Assembly (NCBI GenBank): GCA_050084985.1
Contig: JBITNC010000001.1
Coordinates: 134,168,001 to 134,232,000, forward strand
DNA length: 64,000 bases
Source of the DNA: Nageia nagi
Taxonomy: Eukaryota; Plantae; Pinophyta
Direction: 5' to 3'
A program made the translations under genes and the position numbers. Each line of letters opens with the position of its first letter. The stretch's first letter is position 1. Of the stretch, positions 39,336 through 54,099 are shown one piece after another. Below the pieces are notes generated by a model. The model was not told where the DNA came from and searched no databases. It saw nothing but the letters and a program-made list of their open reading frames with translations.

Positions 39336-40004
39336 CTTCCCCTTAATGTAATATTGAGGAAGTAAGAAGAAAAGAATGTAAGAGTATAAGAGATTTCTCC
39401 TTCATAAAAAATACAATTGGAGATGAGAACTTGAGAATAATAATTGAAATGGTTCTATAAAGATCAACTACTTAACCATTTAAATAAATTATTTATAATG
39501 CAATAATCATTAACCATAAATGGTTTTAATAGACAAGTAGTAGTTATTAAATAACATGTTTACATGATGAGCTTCTATGAGCTTTCATACTCAAAGTAAG
39601 TAACTTGCAATATCCAAAAGAAACCTACAAGCTAAAAGAAATTCATAACAAGATCAGTAATATGCATCATAATGCACTTTATCAACCATGATATATAATA
39701 GAGTTATATGTGCACATCACAAAATCATGATATCTAGTAATATCACATGTGCATAATAATATCTATGAGAAAATACTCATATAACAAAAAAAATTACTAA
39801 GAGGAAGTTTGTATCACATCAAACACCACTCTATCCCTCTTGATAACAAATTCACCTATATGGAGAAGACCAAAAAATATGTTACTTCAAAATATTTCAC
39901 AAAGTTAATATACCTCACACTCATTTATCTTAAAAAAGGCACACAATATCAAATATCAAGTTTATCATACCATCAATTCAATATTTACAAGGTATAATCC
40001 ATAA

Positions 40005-40140
40005 GATAATAACTTGACTACACTACCTAGTCAAGATTTATAAGCCAATAACACAAAATGCCAACTTGACTATGCCACCTAGTCAAGATTTACAAGTTGA
40101 TGTCATAAAATACTAACTTGACTATGCTACTAGTTAAGAT
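40005..40140. repeat. Three ~50 bp repeats each containing inverted repeat CTTGACTA...TAGTCAAG
   Basis: Copies at ~40012, ~40064 and ~40116; related decayed copies at 63860-64000. Confidence 0.7.
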
Positions 40141-40229
40141 GCATATGATGGAATAAGGTAGCATTAATATATTAACATGAATTCAATTTTTATTAATGGG
40201 ATTAAGGTGAAAAAAATTACAATTTTGGA

Positions 40230-40614
40230 TAAGGGTAAACCTTTTTAACCACTCCAATGTACAATTTGTAGTCATGGAGAAGGGAGAAACTTTTTAACCA
40301 CTCCATAAATATGTAGTCATGGAGAAGGATAAACCTTTTTAATCACTCCATCAATATCTAGTCATGGACAAGAGAAAACCTTTTTAATCACACTCCATCA
40401 ATATGTAGTCATGGAGAAGTACGAATATTTTTGACCACTCCATGAATAGGTAGTCATGGAGAAGGGAGAATATTTTTAACCACTTCATCAATATGTAGTC
40501 ATGGATAAGGGTGAACATTTTTAACCATGTGATCAATATGTAGTCATGGAGAAGGGCAAACCTTTTTAACCATCCCATCAATATGTAGTCATGGAGAAGG
40601 ATGAACCTTTTAAA
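40230..40614 (-). repeat. ~46-47 bp minisatellite (about 8 copies) in 3' region of C
   Basis: Unit TTTTTAACCACTCCATCAATATGTAGTCATGGAGAAGGG..AAACC; reverse complement of the array at 63408-63760. Confidence 0.92.
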
Positions 40615-43600
40615 CTAATTTTTATAATAAAGATTAACACTCCTTTGAATTATGTATTCAAATAAATATCACTAAATGTTAATCTTCCTAGGTACCAATA
40701 GGTATATGAGATTATCTGACTATAACCTCTATTTTAGGTAGTCCTAAATCATATGATAATAAAACTAGTGCTATTGGTGTATCAATTAACCTAGGATTGT
40801 AACCCGTATTTAATATATATTAAATATAGTATGTTAAGATTTGAGAACATTAATTTTTATTCAACTCAAAGGGAAATAATGATTTATTAAAGAGAAAATG
40901 ACATGATACCCCTAACCAACCTAAACTAAAGTGCAGATTGATGCCATATCCATTGCATAATAGAGTTTAATAAATACTAACAAAGAATGAAAAAAAATAT
41001 TGGATCCATTTTCAATTACTCAACCAACTCATATTATGAAATTCATGTACCAAATAATGTATAAGAAACATTCATTCATTATTTTATACTTATAAAAATA
41101 AATGAAGCACAAAAAACAACACATCACATAAGCTTAAGCAAATATAATAAAAGAAATTCCCTTGAAATATTATAACCAAAGTTCTTACACCATAATATTG
41201 CACAAAATATTGATACAACATACAATGTATTATTCAACTACAACCATGGTAGGTTACCCTAGTATTATGATAACTCTTTGAAGAATCACTTCTACCTAAC
41301 CTAAAATACTTGAGAGCTAGGTACAAGATGAACTAGATCATAACATGCTTCTCTAGAATATTTCTTGAAAATCCATAGGATAGATCCTTCAAAAAAAAAA
41401 AAGAATAAAACTACAAGGAAAAAGGTTAAATAAACTTAAAAAAACCAAATATCCTCTTTCCTAAAAAGCATTTCACATTTAACTATCATGTGTCCCTTAG
41501 GTATTATCTATTTAATAAAGTTACAAGTGTATACCAAATTAATAAGATAAAGACTTTACTTTCTCTTTATTCTAGTTGATTCCTTGTAGATAACTTGTAC
41601 AACATTTTCTTGTAAATTCTATTCTTCTTGAGTAAAATTTGGCAACTCTTGTTAGACTTGATATAATACTATTGATTCCTTAATCTAGTTTCAAATTTTT
41701 GATTCATAATAAGATATCACTTTTTTCATTTACACAAATTGGTTTGCAACTTGCAAGAATATTTCATATTTTTAATTTTTTCTTGGGGTAATTTATATCA
41801 ATCTTGATTTTAATTTCTAAATTTCCTCTTTAGCTTCTAATAAAGTTATATATATATATATATATATTATTTGTCAATCCTATATTATTCCATTCTTTCT
41901 CTAGATCTTCTATCAATAAAATTTCTTTTTCCACAAATAATTCATCTTTATCATACAACATGTTAGTTGAGGAGATTTTATTTACCCTATCTCCAAAGGT
42001 ATATGTGATTCCTAGTACTAGCTAATTACATAAAAATTTGTACCTCCATTTAATCAAATCAAAGCTTGATTTAATCTTACTTCTTCCTTTTGAAACTGTA
42101 ATATCTTGATTTTTAACCTTTGAAATCATATCCTTTAAAGTATTAAGCAAATGTACTATAGTTATCATTCCTTTACAAGTTTATCATTTTTTTCTAAATA
42201 ACCATAACATCATATCCGGCTCTATTTGTTCACTATCTAACTTTTGTTTTTCTTTATCAAAAGTTACCTCAACTACTATCTTCCTTAATTCCAAAATAAC
42301 TTTTGTAGCTTCTTCAACGAGATGAGTTGGTAATTTTTCAGGAACTTCTAAGGATCCACCCATTTCCTTTTGTTTTTCACCAATTTGAGCTTGAAAAGGA
42401 GATAAAGGAGGAGTTATAAATAGTTGAGGGGATCTTGGTTCTCCTAATTCTTCTAAAGGTACTATTGTTAGGGGCTCAATAATTTGAGGTAATGGTCTAG
42501 CCTCAATTATTGGAGTTTATTATTTTGTCTCTTTTACCAATAATACAACACTAGTGAAATCTTAGAGAGTTATTAGGAAGCTATAGAAGATGATGATGAA
42601 GCCTCTCCAATTCTCAATCTCTTTACTATTGGTTCATCCTCAACATTTTATATACATACCTTATATGTAGAGGTTATAACAAAATCTTATTTTTGATACT
42701 TCTTGGCTGAAAGAAGATCCATAGGGAAACTTTGACCCTAAATAATAAGAGTTTTAGGTGAAATTTGCTTTTGTATTAGCACGGTTTCATATATTTTCAT
42801 TATTTTCACTATTTCTTCCTAAATAGGATTTCTCTGAAAAGGAATAGTAGATTGGGGAATAGGTTCATGATGAGGTAACAATACCAAAGATCCTAAATTC
42901 TTTTGCTATTCTTATACCTTCTTAGTTACTTTCACAATTGGTTGAGAATAATGAATCATGATTTCTTCAATCTTCTTTTCCAATACAACTTCAAATTAAT
43001 TATCACTCTTTTAACCATAGTCTATTGTTTCCACTTTAGGCTTCATTGTATCAATGGTGCCTTCTTTAATTTTTATCAGTTGATTAGAAATATATCCAAC
43101 TAAAGATAAATGGAAAAAACCTCTATTAAATCCATACTTTTCTCAAATGGGATGCAATTGTTTTCTCTCTTTCAATGCTTTAATTTGTTTATCTTTAAAT
43201 TCATCTTCTTCATGAGAAACCTTAAAACTATTTAATTTTATCCAAATTTGAGCAAATTTATCCTTAGGATCAAATGACCTACAAAAGGTCTCCTTAAAAC
43301 CATATTGTTACATAATAGGTAAAGTGATAAGAAAAGAATGTGCACTATTAAATATCTTGTGCCCAATTTCACACAAATACTTAAAGAAGCTATACTTCCC
43401 CAATTCTCACCTTAAAATATTCAACTAGTTGTCTAATGGATTCTTCATACAGAATGGAATTAGGGTAAATTTTTAGTTATAATTTTTGATATAATTTACC
43501 TCCATACATCCTAACTATTATTATTGCTTCAAGAATCATCACCTTCCCTACCTCATATTCTTCCAAAAAATTTAAGAAATGGTTAGATATCCTAAGAATG

Positions 43601-44744
43601 GTACAACTAAACTTGCCATATACATTTTAAAAAAAACAATTCATAGAACCATTGATAGCTACCTATCCCTTGGTAAATGTTAGGTAACATTTCTTGCATA
43701 GTGTCAAACTTAGCCTCATGACTTAATTCTTTTACCAAAATACTCTTTAACTATTACACAATAATGTGAATTAATATGGAATAACAAAAAAATGTATTGG
43801 CTTCATAATCCTTGTTTAATTTCACCAATTCATTATGCATTATTTTAAATAAATAAATAACCAAATCATATACATCAAGAGCTTTGAAAGTAGTCTTGGT
43901 CATAAGGAAAAGGACTTAAGAATAATGAAATGATTTTTATGACATAGGATGTAGTTAATGTTTTTTACATAGAACCTAGCCCAATATTTGAAAGAGAATA
44001 GGCTTAATGAAAAAGATTCTTGTCCATACAAGGTTATGTCCTATTGAAACCTTACATGGATTTTAGAATTTCCCACAAATAACAGATACCTATGAAAAGT
44101 AGTTAGGTTGAAGAGCTTACCATTTTTATGAAGTTTAAAGGCCTTCATGATTATTTTTTTCCTAAATTCAAAGATGGCTTTATCTCTTTCATCCATGAAG
44201 TAATGCCTAATAGGATCATATCTTCTAATCAATCGAGCCATAAAATCACTTAAAAAATGAACTAGAGGTCATACTAATTTCCCTATATCAGAATTCTATG
44301 ATTATATTGAGTAAACCCTAGCTTTGAATATTATTTAGCCATATTATACAACTTCAACATCATTCTAGGGTCATAATCAAGAGGATCCATGAGGCATTTG
44401 TATTTTCTTTCAATTTCAAGGAAAAATCATAATTGTTCTTATTTTCTCAAGGCCTAATATACCTTATTGATAATCCCTTTATGCAAAATACCTCTAGACC
44501 CAAGTGACCTATATTCACATTTATCTGCAAGTGCATTATTTTAAATCATTACCTTTGGAATATCTACCATATTCTTCTTGTTAACACAGAGCATTATAGC
44601 TAAAATAACCAAACAATAACCTCTTTTCAATTCAATGGTTAATAGATAGCTTGATTAAAGTATCTAGTAATATCTTAACACCCAAGAGCAATTGGTAACC
44701 CCTCACATTGTTTAATTTTCTCTTGTCTAATCACCTCATGGCTT

Positions 44745-45215
44745 ATCTGATACTCTGAATGCTTACCTGATAGGGAGTAAATTTGGTTTATGTGACATGA
44801 GTATATATGATAATGACAATATGATTGGTTGGTTTTCTAATTAAAAACTTTATTTAGTAATCAAATGCATTACCTAACATAATTAAAATTTACTTGATAA
44901 AATAATTCGCTATCTAATGCAAATTAATCTTATCTGATGGATAGTAAAGTTATCTATCCATAACACCCTTTATCTGATGGTAATAAGGTTATCCGATGGG
45001 AAAAATCCTTACCCAACAACATCAATCCTTATTCAATGGAATAATATTTACCCAATTATCCTTATTTGACAAAATATATGCTTATCCAATAAGCCAAATC
45101 CCTATCTAATAGAATCTAGCCTTATCTGATGATACTAAAGCTTTTAAACTAATAATGTTAATCCTTACCTGATAGCAAATTATCTTACTCGATGATGTTT
45201 AACCTTACTCGATGA
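44745..45215. repeat. Cluster of short degenerate repeats (CTTA[C/T]C[C/T]GAT[A/G])
   Basis: More than 10 variants, mostly spaced about 20-25 bp. Confidence 0.7.
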
Positions 45216-45391
45216 GACTTATTTTTCATTAATAATACACATTGATGTTGTTTCCCTTGTTTTTAAATACTTAGAAAAACCAAATAAATTAGTAGAAGAT
45301 AAAAATAGGTATTAATGGGAGGATATTCTTGAAAAACATTTACCCAAAGGAATTGTTTAGAAGAAGAGGTAAAGTTGAGATACAAAACCAC

Positions 45392-45710
45392 CCCATCCAT
45401 AAACATGGAATTCTTCCTTAATTAATGAAACAAACAATATGGCATCCACCTATAAATATGGATACTCTTCCATCAATAAAGAATCAAATAATGTGGCATA
45501 CATCTATAAATATGTATATTATTCCATCAATAATGAAGAAAATAATGTGGCATCCATCCATAAACATGGATATTCTTCCATCAACATGGAAGCAAATAAT
45601 GTGGCATCTAGCCATAAATATGGATATTTTTCCATCAATATGGAAGAAAATAATGTGAAATCCATCTATAGACATGGACATTCTTTCATAAACATGGAAG
45701 ACAATAATAT
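45392..45710. repeat. 54 bp minisatellite (about 6 copies)
   Basis: 18-aa periodicity in ORF 45425-45658 (WHPSINMDILPS....IM). Confidence 0.9.
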
Positions 45711-48700
45711 GATTTATTTATATTAACTAGGGTAGGTACAATATTTTGCATACCAATATATGTATAATATTTTATTTTGAGTTTTGATATGTAATCATAT
45801 ATGATTATCATATCAAAAATATCATCCACATAAATTAGGTTTAAGAATAAGTTATCTACATCACCAAAGAAACTTTTCACACTTGATTATCTTTCAACCT
45901 TGTCTTGTTGAAAGTGCAAGTATTATAACATCTTACAATTTGAGCAAAAGATGAACTTTATACTTTTAAGTAAGACTCTTAATCTTTGCTTCAAATTTCT
46001 CAACTTCATATTTATAGTCATGTTTTGATCTCTTTAGGAGACTCATTAAATACTTGATCCAACACTTGACCCTTTTTAAAAGGTTTCACATGAAATAAGA
46101 GACCATTTTCTTTAAAAATTCCATCAATATATTTCACTTAAAATCAAATTTTGATTATGAAGGAGAAAAAATATAAATCCTATAACCTTTAATTTCATAG
46201 ATCATAATGATACACTATATTGTTAACTCCTTCCTCTTTTAAATAAGACTATATATTCATAGGAAAGTCAAATCCTCTTAAAATTATTGATAAATTTTCC
46301 TCCTTATTTTTGATTCTTAAGAATAATCTTACTAAGGTCATCAACAAAAGTGAAGACAAAGGACACTTCACTAAGGGTATTAAAGAGGAAAGGTACCATA
46401 AAAAAACTTAAGTGATGCTAGTGGCTTAAAAATTGCTTACTTATCTTCCCTAAGATACAAATTTCTAAAAGGTCCATTCTTATGAAGATATTTTAGCCAA
46501 AATTAAAAAATTATCAAAAAGGAGTGTAATAGTCTAATGCATTCCAAATTGTTAAGGTGAGATTTATCATAATGAATCATATACCACATCTATAGGACAC
46601 AATTTATTACATGCCTTTATCGCAATCATACTTATTTGATCCAAACCAATCACCATGAAACTTTGGAAATCATAAGTTTTAGTAAACAAAATATGAGGCA
46701 TATATCCCTTAACATGTATACAAGATCAAGAGAGAAGACTACCTTTTAAGTTCCTATGAATATGTTTAATTTAAAAATTACCCCACCATGTTTTTATTGT
46801 ACCTTGAGATTTTATTAACTAAACTCTAGGATCCTTATCAAGGCTATAGAAGTATTTCTAAGGAAATTTCTTAATATTATCAATCCTATTGGTTGTAGGA
46901 TTCAACATTCAAGCCTTATATACAACTAAAAATATTTATTTTAAGATCTTTGTATTTTAATTCCAATACCTATTCTTTCAAGAATACATCCATCAACATG
47001 GATTAAAAAATAAGCTTCCAATATAAAAGTAAATGAGGTATCAAGTGGTGCACTATAAGTCATTATAAAGATCCCAAGCCAATACTTATAGTCACTTAAG
47101 TTATGATCAATGTATAAAAAAATGTATACATAATCAATAATTATATCAACCCTCCTAAGGATGAAGTAGTCATTACAAGAATTCATACTTTAATCTTTAT
47201 TGAGGAAAATTTCACAAATCTAAACAACTAGGGTTTAGGTAAACATATCAACTAAGTTTAATTTTGATAGACAATAACTACAAATTCATATCCAAAATTT
47301 CCTCCTTGATAAAATATTCTTGGATTTTGAAATATAATTTGTTATGAAGTTAATAACTCAACTTGTTAAGGGTAACTTCATTAATAACTATAGCATATAT
47401 AAATTTATCTTTGTTAATCTCATTAAAACAATATTAATCAACCTATGCATTGCAATGGCGATATATGAAATATTTACCTTTTGAAGAAATTTTACACTAT
47501 TTCTCACCTAAAATAATGATATAAAAAATATGCATAATAAGTCAAATTTGAAGAAGGTTTACACAACTTTCAAGTTCTATATAAGGATATATATAAAGTG
47601 TGCATAAGGAAATAATGATATCAAACAAGTGCATAGCCAAAATTGAGGAAGAGTTTCTATCCAACCATGGATATCAGTACAAGTGCAGCCATTTTAACTT
47701 ATGTGCAACTTAGGAATAAAGTTGCTATTAACTAATCTTTTTAATAAAAAATTGTATTCATCTAAACTTCACAACTTTAGCTTCAAGTTGCATTAAACCT
47801 TATTATTTCCACAAATATTTGCATAATATTATTTATCCAAATGCTTGCAATATTTATAATTGCAAAAAAATATTAATAATCCAAAAAAAGCCATAGTCCA
47901 ATTGTAAACTTTTAAGCATATAGTAAACAAATTATTCAATCAATTATTTTGCAATTTACAAAGTAATTTTGTAATTGTAAACCACTTGTACAAATTGTAA
48001 GTTATACTTGTAAGTTGTAAGTTATGGATTATAACTTATTATTCCATTGATTAACAATCAAATTTGTAAGTTAGATAAATCTAAACTACATTTATTGATT
48101 ATTAAATTATAGGTTAGGGCACTTTTATTACTTGTGTTGTAATTATTATAATGAATTTAAGCACTTGTAATTTTATTTAACAACTTAAATACTAAGAAAA
48201 TCAACCACAAAAGGAGTTAGTAGTTTTCCTTGAGGTTATTTGTTAGTTACAAATATACTTAAGAGCTTTATTTTAAGAGATATTACATCATGCTCTTGTT
48301 TAAGAGCTCAAAGCAAGAAATCTTGCATAATGCTTACCTAGTGATATTATCAAGAACTTTCATTTTGCTCAATAAGGGGAAAATTAACTAAGTTTATATC
48401 TTGAGAAGATTCATATTTTTCTCATTTAGATTGCACCTTTTCCATCTTGATTCTCCTTTCAAAACCTTCAATCTTGCAAAAAGGACATTAGACATATCCT
48501 ATTTTCCTTTGAAGCTAAGGTTAAATCTCAGAAGAAACTAAGAGTTAGCAAAACAAATATGAGATTTTAAATACATAATAAACTTATCTCAACAATATCT
48601 AAGGTTACTTACTAAAATTTAATTAAAAAAAAGAACTTTAAATCTATTAAGTACCGTTAAGAAAAAAAAACTCTTTAAAGTTTTCAAAAATCTATCCTTT

Positions 48701-50593
48701 TAAAAATAAGTATGATTTTCTTTTGCTAAAAAAGAGTTTTGTCAAAGTATTGTGAACATAAAGAATCACATTATTCTCCCCCCCCTTTTTTGAAAATAAT
48801 TCCTCAAAAAATATTAAATACCCTCTTTTTTTAATAATAAGAGGCCTAATAATTACCACCATTCCCTAATTACACCTTCCTCTCTCTCCTCCTTTTGTAA
48901 AAAAATTCCATTATGGCTCCATTGATAAAAAATAATCAATATAAAGAATAAAAAACTATTGCTTAAACACTATTTCACCAAATATAATAGGATTCAAAGA
49001 AATCATTTACCATCCCATCCACTCTCCGGTGAAGAATTAATATAAAATTGCACTTTTACCAAGTGCATTAATCATGAAGGGAAAAAATGTACTCAAGGGT
49101 TTTCCTTTTTTTTTAATACAAAAAATAATCAACTAAAGCATGTACATGGAGGAGAGAAGTCATCCATAATAAAAAAATACCATGAGGGAGGGAGGTAGGA
49201 ATCAGAGCAAGCTTAACGTTTCCACCTACTTCACCTCCCTTATCATGTAGAAGGGTGGCATCTTGGGTGGTCATGTATGGGGTCACACTGCAAAGAGTGA
49301 ATGGAGAATATGTAAGGGGTGGAACCCCTCACATCATCCATAGGGAGGTTATAATATCCAAAAAGGCTGATCCCTAGGGGCTATTAACACCCAATAGGGT
49401 CACATCCTAGCAATGGTGCACCACCTACATGGGGGCTACCAAGTCCTGATAGGGTTATATTTTAAGGGGATCATTAGATCTTAATGGGGGGTCATTCCTT
49501 GGGGGAATGTGCACCACCAAAAAGGGGGACACATGCTCCCAATAGGGGGCTACACACTGAGGGGGCCAAAAGATCCTAAAGGGGTGTGTGCACCTCACAA
49601 GGGCTACACCACCCTATGAGGGAGGTAGGATCCCACACCATCTGGAGGGGGGGTTTAGTCCCTTTCACCCCTACAAAAAAAAAATTCATATATTTTTTAT
49701 TATTATTTAAGAATTGATTATAAATTTGGTTTACCAACTAGGTACAAAACTAAACATGTTTCAAGTAAAGATTGTATATTTGTAATAAGGGTTTAGCATG
49801 AGCATTGTAAAAAAATAAAATGCTATTGTTAGGTGTAAAGGTAAACCTTACAAACATTTTACTATGTTCAATTTGGGTGAAAATCCACATGAATTTATAC
49901 AAAACCATTGAATCTCAATTGTTTGAAAAATATAACAATATTATTAAATATATTGTGTAATATATTTCATAATGATATTGGTAAATCATTCCACTCTTTT
50001 TACAAAGATTTCTCTTTGTAAAAAATAGTATCACAATATAGATAACAATTTTGTAAAAGTGTTAAAAAATTGCAAACTTTCATAAATATTACATAATAAT
50101 ATATTGTGATATATGTAGTAATTTTGTAAAGGATAATTTAAGGAGACAATTTGCAAATTTCAAAAATTAATTTCAAAACTTTACAAAATTATAGCTAATA
50201 TAGAAAATAATGTTATAAACTAACATATGTATACCAATACATAAAGTTGCATACTATACCCCTAAAAGAATGTTAATATCATACAAAAAGAGAATATTAG
50301 TACAAAAAAATAGTTAAGAAGAACCAAAAAATAACTTCTTAATTTTTAAGCTATTCTTACACCAATAAGCCTTTTCTTTTTAACACATATAAGCTTAATT
50401 GCAAAGAAAAATCTTATATTTGATAAAAAAGAGCTTATGTGTAAGAAAAAGAGATTAAAAGAGCTAAACTTTAGCAAAACAAATGTAAAAATAACTTAAA
50501 AAATATAAAAGAGTGAGGAGAAAAACTATACCCCAATATGATTTTACCTCACAAGATGAATGAAAGATCTCCAAGGGTAGATTTGATACCGAA

Positions 50594-51121
50594 TGAAAGA
50601 ATTGATGGATTCCTTAAACTCCACCCAAGATCACCTTGGATGCAATATTCCTAATCGTAAGAACACATATATAATTCACTCAAAGAGAACTCAAGCATGT
50701 ATAGTGATTCCTCCAACCATTGGAGTACATCCACTTGAACCATCTCAATTATATTATCATAAGAACTCTAACTCTCTCTACAACTCTAAGAATATTCAAG
50801 CTTCCTATAAGATCAAGCTCTCTTCAAAGTACAAGCATGAGAGTGCATTCAATATGTGTATTTTATATTAATCTCAAGCCCTCCTTTTATAGGTGAAAAA
50901 CTCTCTTTAGCTTTCCCATTTACCTAAGAGGTAAGATTATGATTTTTTCCACTTTTTTACCTAAGGGGTATGCTCATGAGCTTGAGTTTAGGAAACATTT
51001 CTCACTTAGATACTTAAAATATATTATTTTCGGTAGTAAGTGATTTTACATAAGAGAAATATTATTCCTTATATACCATCTAAAGACTAAATTACACAAT
51101 AATACATTATATGTTATAACA
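50594..51121 (-). repeat. 5' LTR of C
   Basis: Minus strand TGTTAT...TTTCA followed by PBS-like site. Confidence 0.9.
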
Positions 51122-51126
51122 AGATG

Positions 51127-54050
51127 GACTACATAAAAATGCATTGGGGAGATGATAAGGGGAATAAAAGCATCTACAAACCTCCCTTGAATTATGGATT
51201 GATAAAAATAAAGGGTAAGAATTGTTAGTCATTAATCTCTAAAATTATGCATGAATTGCACCTAAGAGAGATAGATGTGGCCTTTGATTATGAACCAAGT
51301 GATATTTTCATAAATAAGGTTACAAAAATTAATAGTAAGCCAAGTAAGTTTCATCCTATGTAGGAACTTGAATATGAACAATATATAAATAATGTAGAAG
51401 GAGGTCCTTTCCTACTAGATAATATCATAAATATGATACCAAAGATCAAATGGAGGTATTTCTATCAAAATATAAAAGAGTTTAATCTAAAACATATGCG
51501 ATCATTAACCAAGATCTTGCAAGCTAATTTGGAGAGAAATGATTGGGACTTAGACAAACAACAATCCTTATACAATATCAAAAAGAGTCTTAAAAAAGGT
51601 CCACTTCCTAGAATTATGGTATGGATAAAAAGTTTAGTGCTTACTATGATTCAAAAAATGCAATATAAATGAAAAGAAGCCTATAAAAATAGAAATATAA
51701 TGCCAAAGAGATAAAGGTAAAGAAAGGCATAAAATTGAGAAAGAAAAGAAGGATGCTCAAAAGAAATAATAGGGTACAAGGGATGATGAATCTAGCACCA
51801 AATTTATAGTAGTAACCTTACAAGATATAATGTGAAATGCTATGCAAGAAGCGGAAGATGTGAAGTGAAGAGTTTCCCAAATAGAACTATAGTTAGAATA
51901 AGAATAAGAGAAATGAACTAAGAGCAAAAAGATTCCAAAGAAGATTGAATCTCAAAGGAAGAAATAAAGAATGCATCATTCAATTGATAAATATGTGCAA
52001 CAATCTTAGGACCAAGCATGTATGCATTTCCCTCCTCAATCTATTTCCTAGGATGAAAGGTATTTGGTGGAGAGGATAACCCTTTTAGAATTGAATTTAG
52101 GGGATCTCTTAGATCTATGTCATAGAAAATTAGTCTTGTTGAAGTTATTCAAACTTATCTTGTAATACAAATAGATTATCAAAATTTTCAAATTAAAAAT
52201 GGAAATTTTGTTGGAAGTGAAATGGATGGTGATACTGAGCCAAATACCTCTTATCTTGGAGGTACCCCATATATACAGTTAGCCTCTAAAACTTATCAAA
52301 TTTCTCCTTCTTAAATTGTGCCTGATAATACCCTTCTTATTATTACCTTGCAAAAATGTCTAGAAGGAAAAATTAGTAGGTTTTAGGAGTATAATATAAT
52401 GCATGCTATGGTAGACACCTATTTGAAATGAAAAATAAGAATCTTCCTTTTATCTTGGAGAAAATAAATATCAAGATTTCCTTGAATCCAAAGTATAAGG
52501 AATGGCACATGGACATATTTTAGGATTTTTAACCTAGCCAAGACCCTTCAATGATGATAAAATGCCACTTTTTCATTCAAGTATACAAGGTTATCATGAA
52601 GATAAAAGTGCATTTACATAATGAGGTTTTGAATTGATTGATTCTGATGTAGCTTTATTTGAAAAGAAGTATAATAAGGAGAAAATAATGAGAGAGACCA
52701 TTGAGAATAATGTCATTAATATTCAAGATCAGGTCAAAATAATGAGAATCCTCTTAAAGTTTTTGTAGAAAATATTAAATGTATCCCCTTATGACATGTT
52801 TATAAAAGAAAAAGAAGTAGAGTTGAAGGCTAAAGATATAGATATTGCCTAGAAGATTGTAAGGCAACAAGTATTTGATGATGCCCAAGATCAATATGAA
52901 GCAAACTTGAAGGAGTAGAAGGACTTGATCATAAGAAAAGAGGGAGAAATAGTTATAGACATTCAAAAGGATTAGGATATGGAAACTACCCTAGCCATAA
53001 GAGAAATGGGGGAAAAAACCCTCAAAAAGGATTTAACAAATAATCAAAATAGTGGTACTTAAAAACTCAATTATAAATAAAGGAAACTTCAAATGTTGCA
53101 AGAAGGGATGTTAAGCTAGCAAAGTTGAATGAAAAGCTTAACGATCTAGAAATTTAGCTTGATATTACCAAAGTATAATTCTTGGCTTATGAATCTTAGG
53201 AGACCACAACACCACCTACATCATCTACCATGTTTTTTAATAAAAACATATTAGTAAGTTTGAAAGGAAACTATAGATGAATATAACTAAAGAATTGAGG
53301 TCTATATATTTCATTTGGGATTATGTGTACTATTTTTAAAATACCCTAAGTAAGAAAATGATACAGTCAAAATGGGCTAAAGAAATATTTTATGGGTAAA
53401 TTTTAGAGGCTAATGCAATAATAGAAGTTATATATTAGATGAATACTCCTCAAGTATACAACTTATTTGTAGAACTCTATAAAGATATGTTATTATTGAC
53501 ATTAGTCATCATGAACTTGAATGCTTTGGTTGAAAATGGAGAAGTGTTGATGAAGGATTTAACTCAAGAGATAAATAAGTTATTGGAACTACTCAATACA
53601 TTAATTAAAAAGGATTATCAAGATTTTAGATCCCTAATGGAACTCTATTATCAAAATAAGAATTCTATACTACCTTGGATTTCAAATCCATAGATTAGAT
53701 AGAGTTCATGGATTGGAAAATAGAAGTGTTGGAGGAAAGGTTTATATATTTTATGAGAAAATTAATTGGTGTTTAGCTAAAGCTAAAGGAATTAGCTATA
53801 TTGTATAAATTAATAAACAATAAGATAGATAATTAGTTGATCATAGTTGGTTTCAATGCAAGAACTTTTAAAGAATGTTTAGAAAATGATTAGGCAAAGG
53901 TAAGGATAGTGCTAAATTTTAAGATTCCATCTTCCACACCATGAATTTTATTTGTTAAGTTCTTAATATAGTGGCACAAATTTTTCTCAAAGTCACCAAT
54001 AATGTATACAATTATTTTAGTTCAAAGGGGAAATGAATGATTTGAAGAGA
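51127..54050 (+). pseudogene. Highly decayed coding-like sequence, likely a retroelement extra ORF; probably continuous with 38319-38805
   Basis: Purine-skewed, E/K-rich ORF fragments (51433, 53439); flanks C with near-TSD; no named domain recognised. Confidence 0.3.
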
Positions 54051-54099
54051 AATGATATAAATTTGATAATTGTTGACCAATTTTTATAAGGATTTAGAA

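Larger units (their letters stand above)
40650..46970 (-). mobile_element. Nested decayed insert in C, probably gypsy-type non-pol region with extra-ORF remnant
   Basis: Interrupts C between motifs that are adjacent in D; minus-strand coding-like fragments at ~41450-44390 (e.g. ORF 44041-44241, VRMYGG, charged C-terminal part). No pol motif recognised; boundaries approximate. Confidence 0.45.
38806..51121 (-). mobile_element. Non-autonomous copia derivative C (gag-pol deleted) with a nested insert
   Basis: Paired LTRs 38806-39335 and 50594-51121; near-TSD ATATG/AGATG; PBS-like GGTATCAAAT at ~50581-50590; PPT AAGGGGAAG at ~39336-39344; leader similar to B; only the RNase H tail remains (~47210-47335). 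Confidence 0.85.

Noticed and set aside
40230-40614. Regular short repeats suggestive of a CRISPR array (also 45392-45710, 63408-63760)
   Set aside because: Head-to-tail units with no unique spacers, no cas genes, eukaryotic retroelement context.
41846-41866. (TA)n microsatellite
   Set aside because: Short and ordinary in AT-rich DNA.
45425-45726. Periodic peptides in three frames
   Set aside because: Product of a 54-bp minisatellite whose unit is a multiple of 3.
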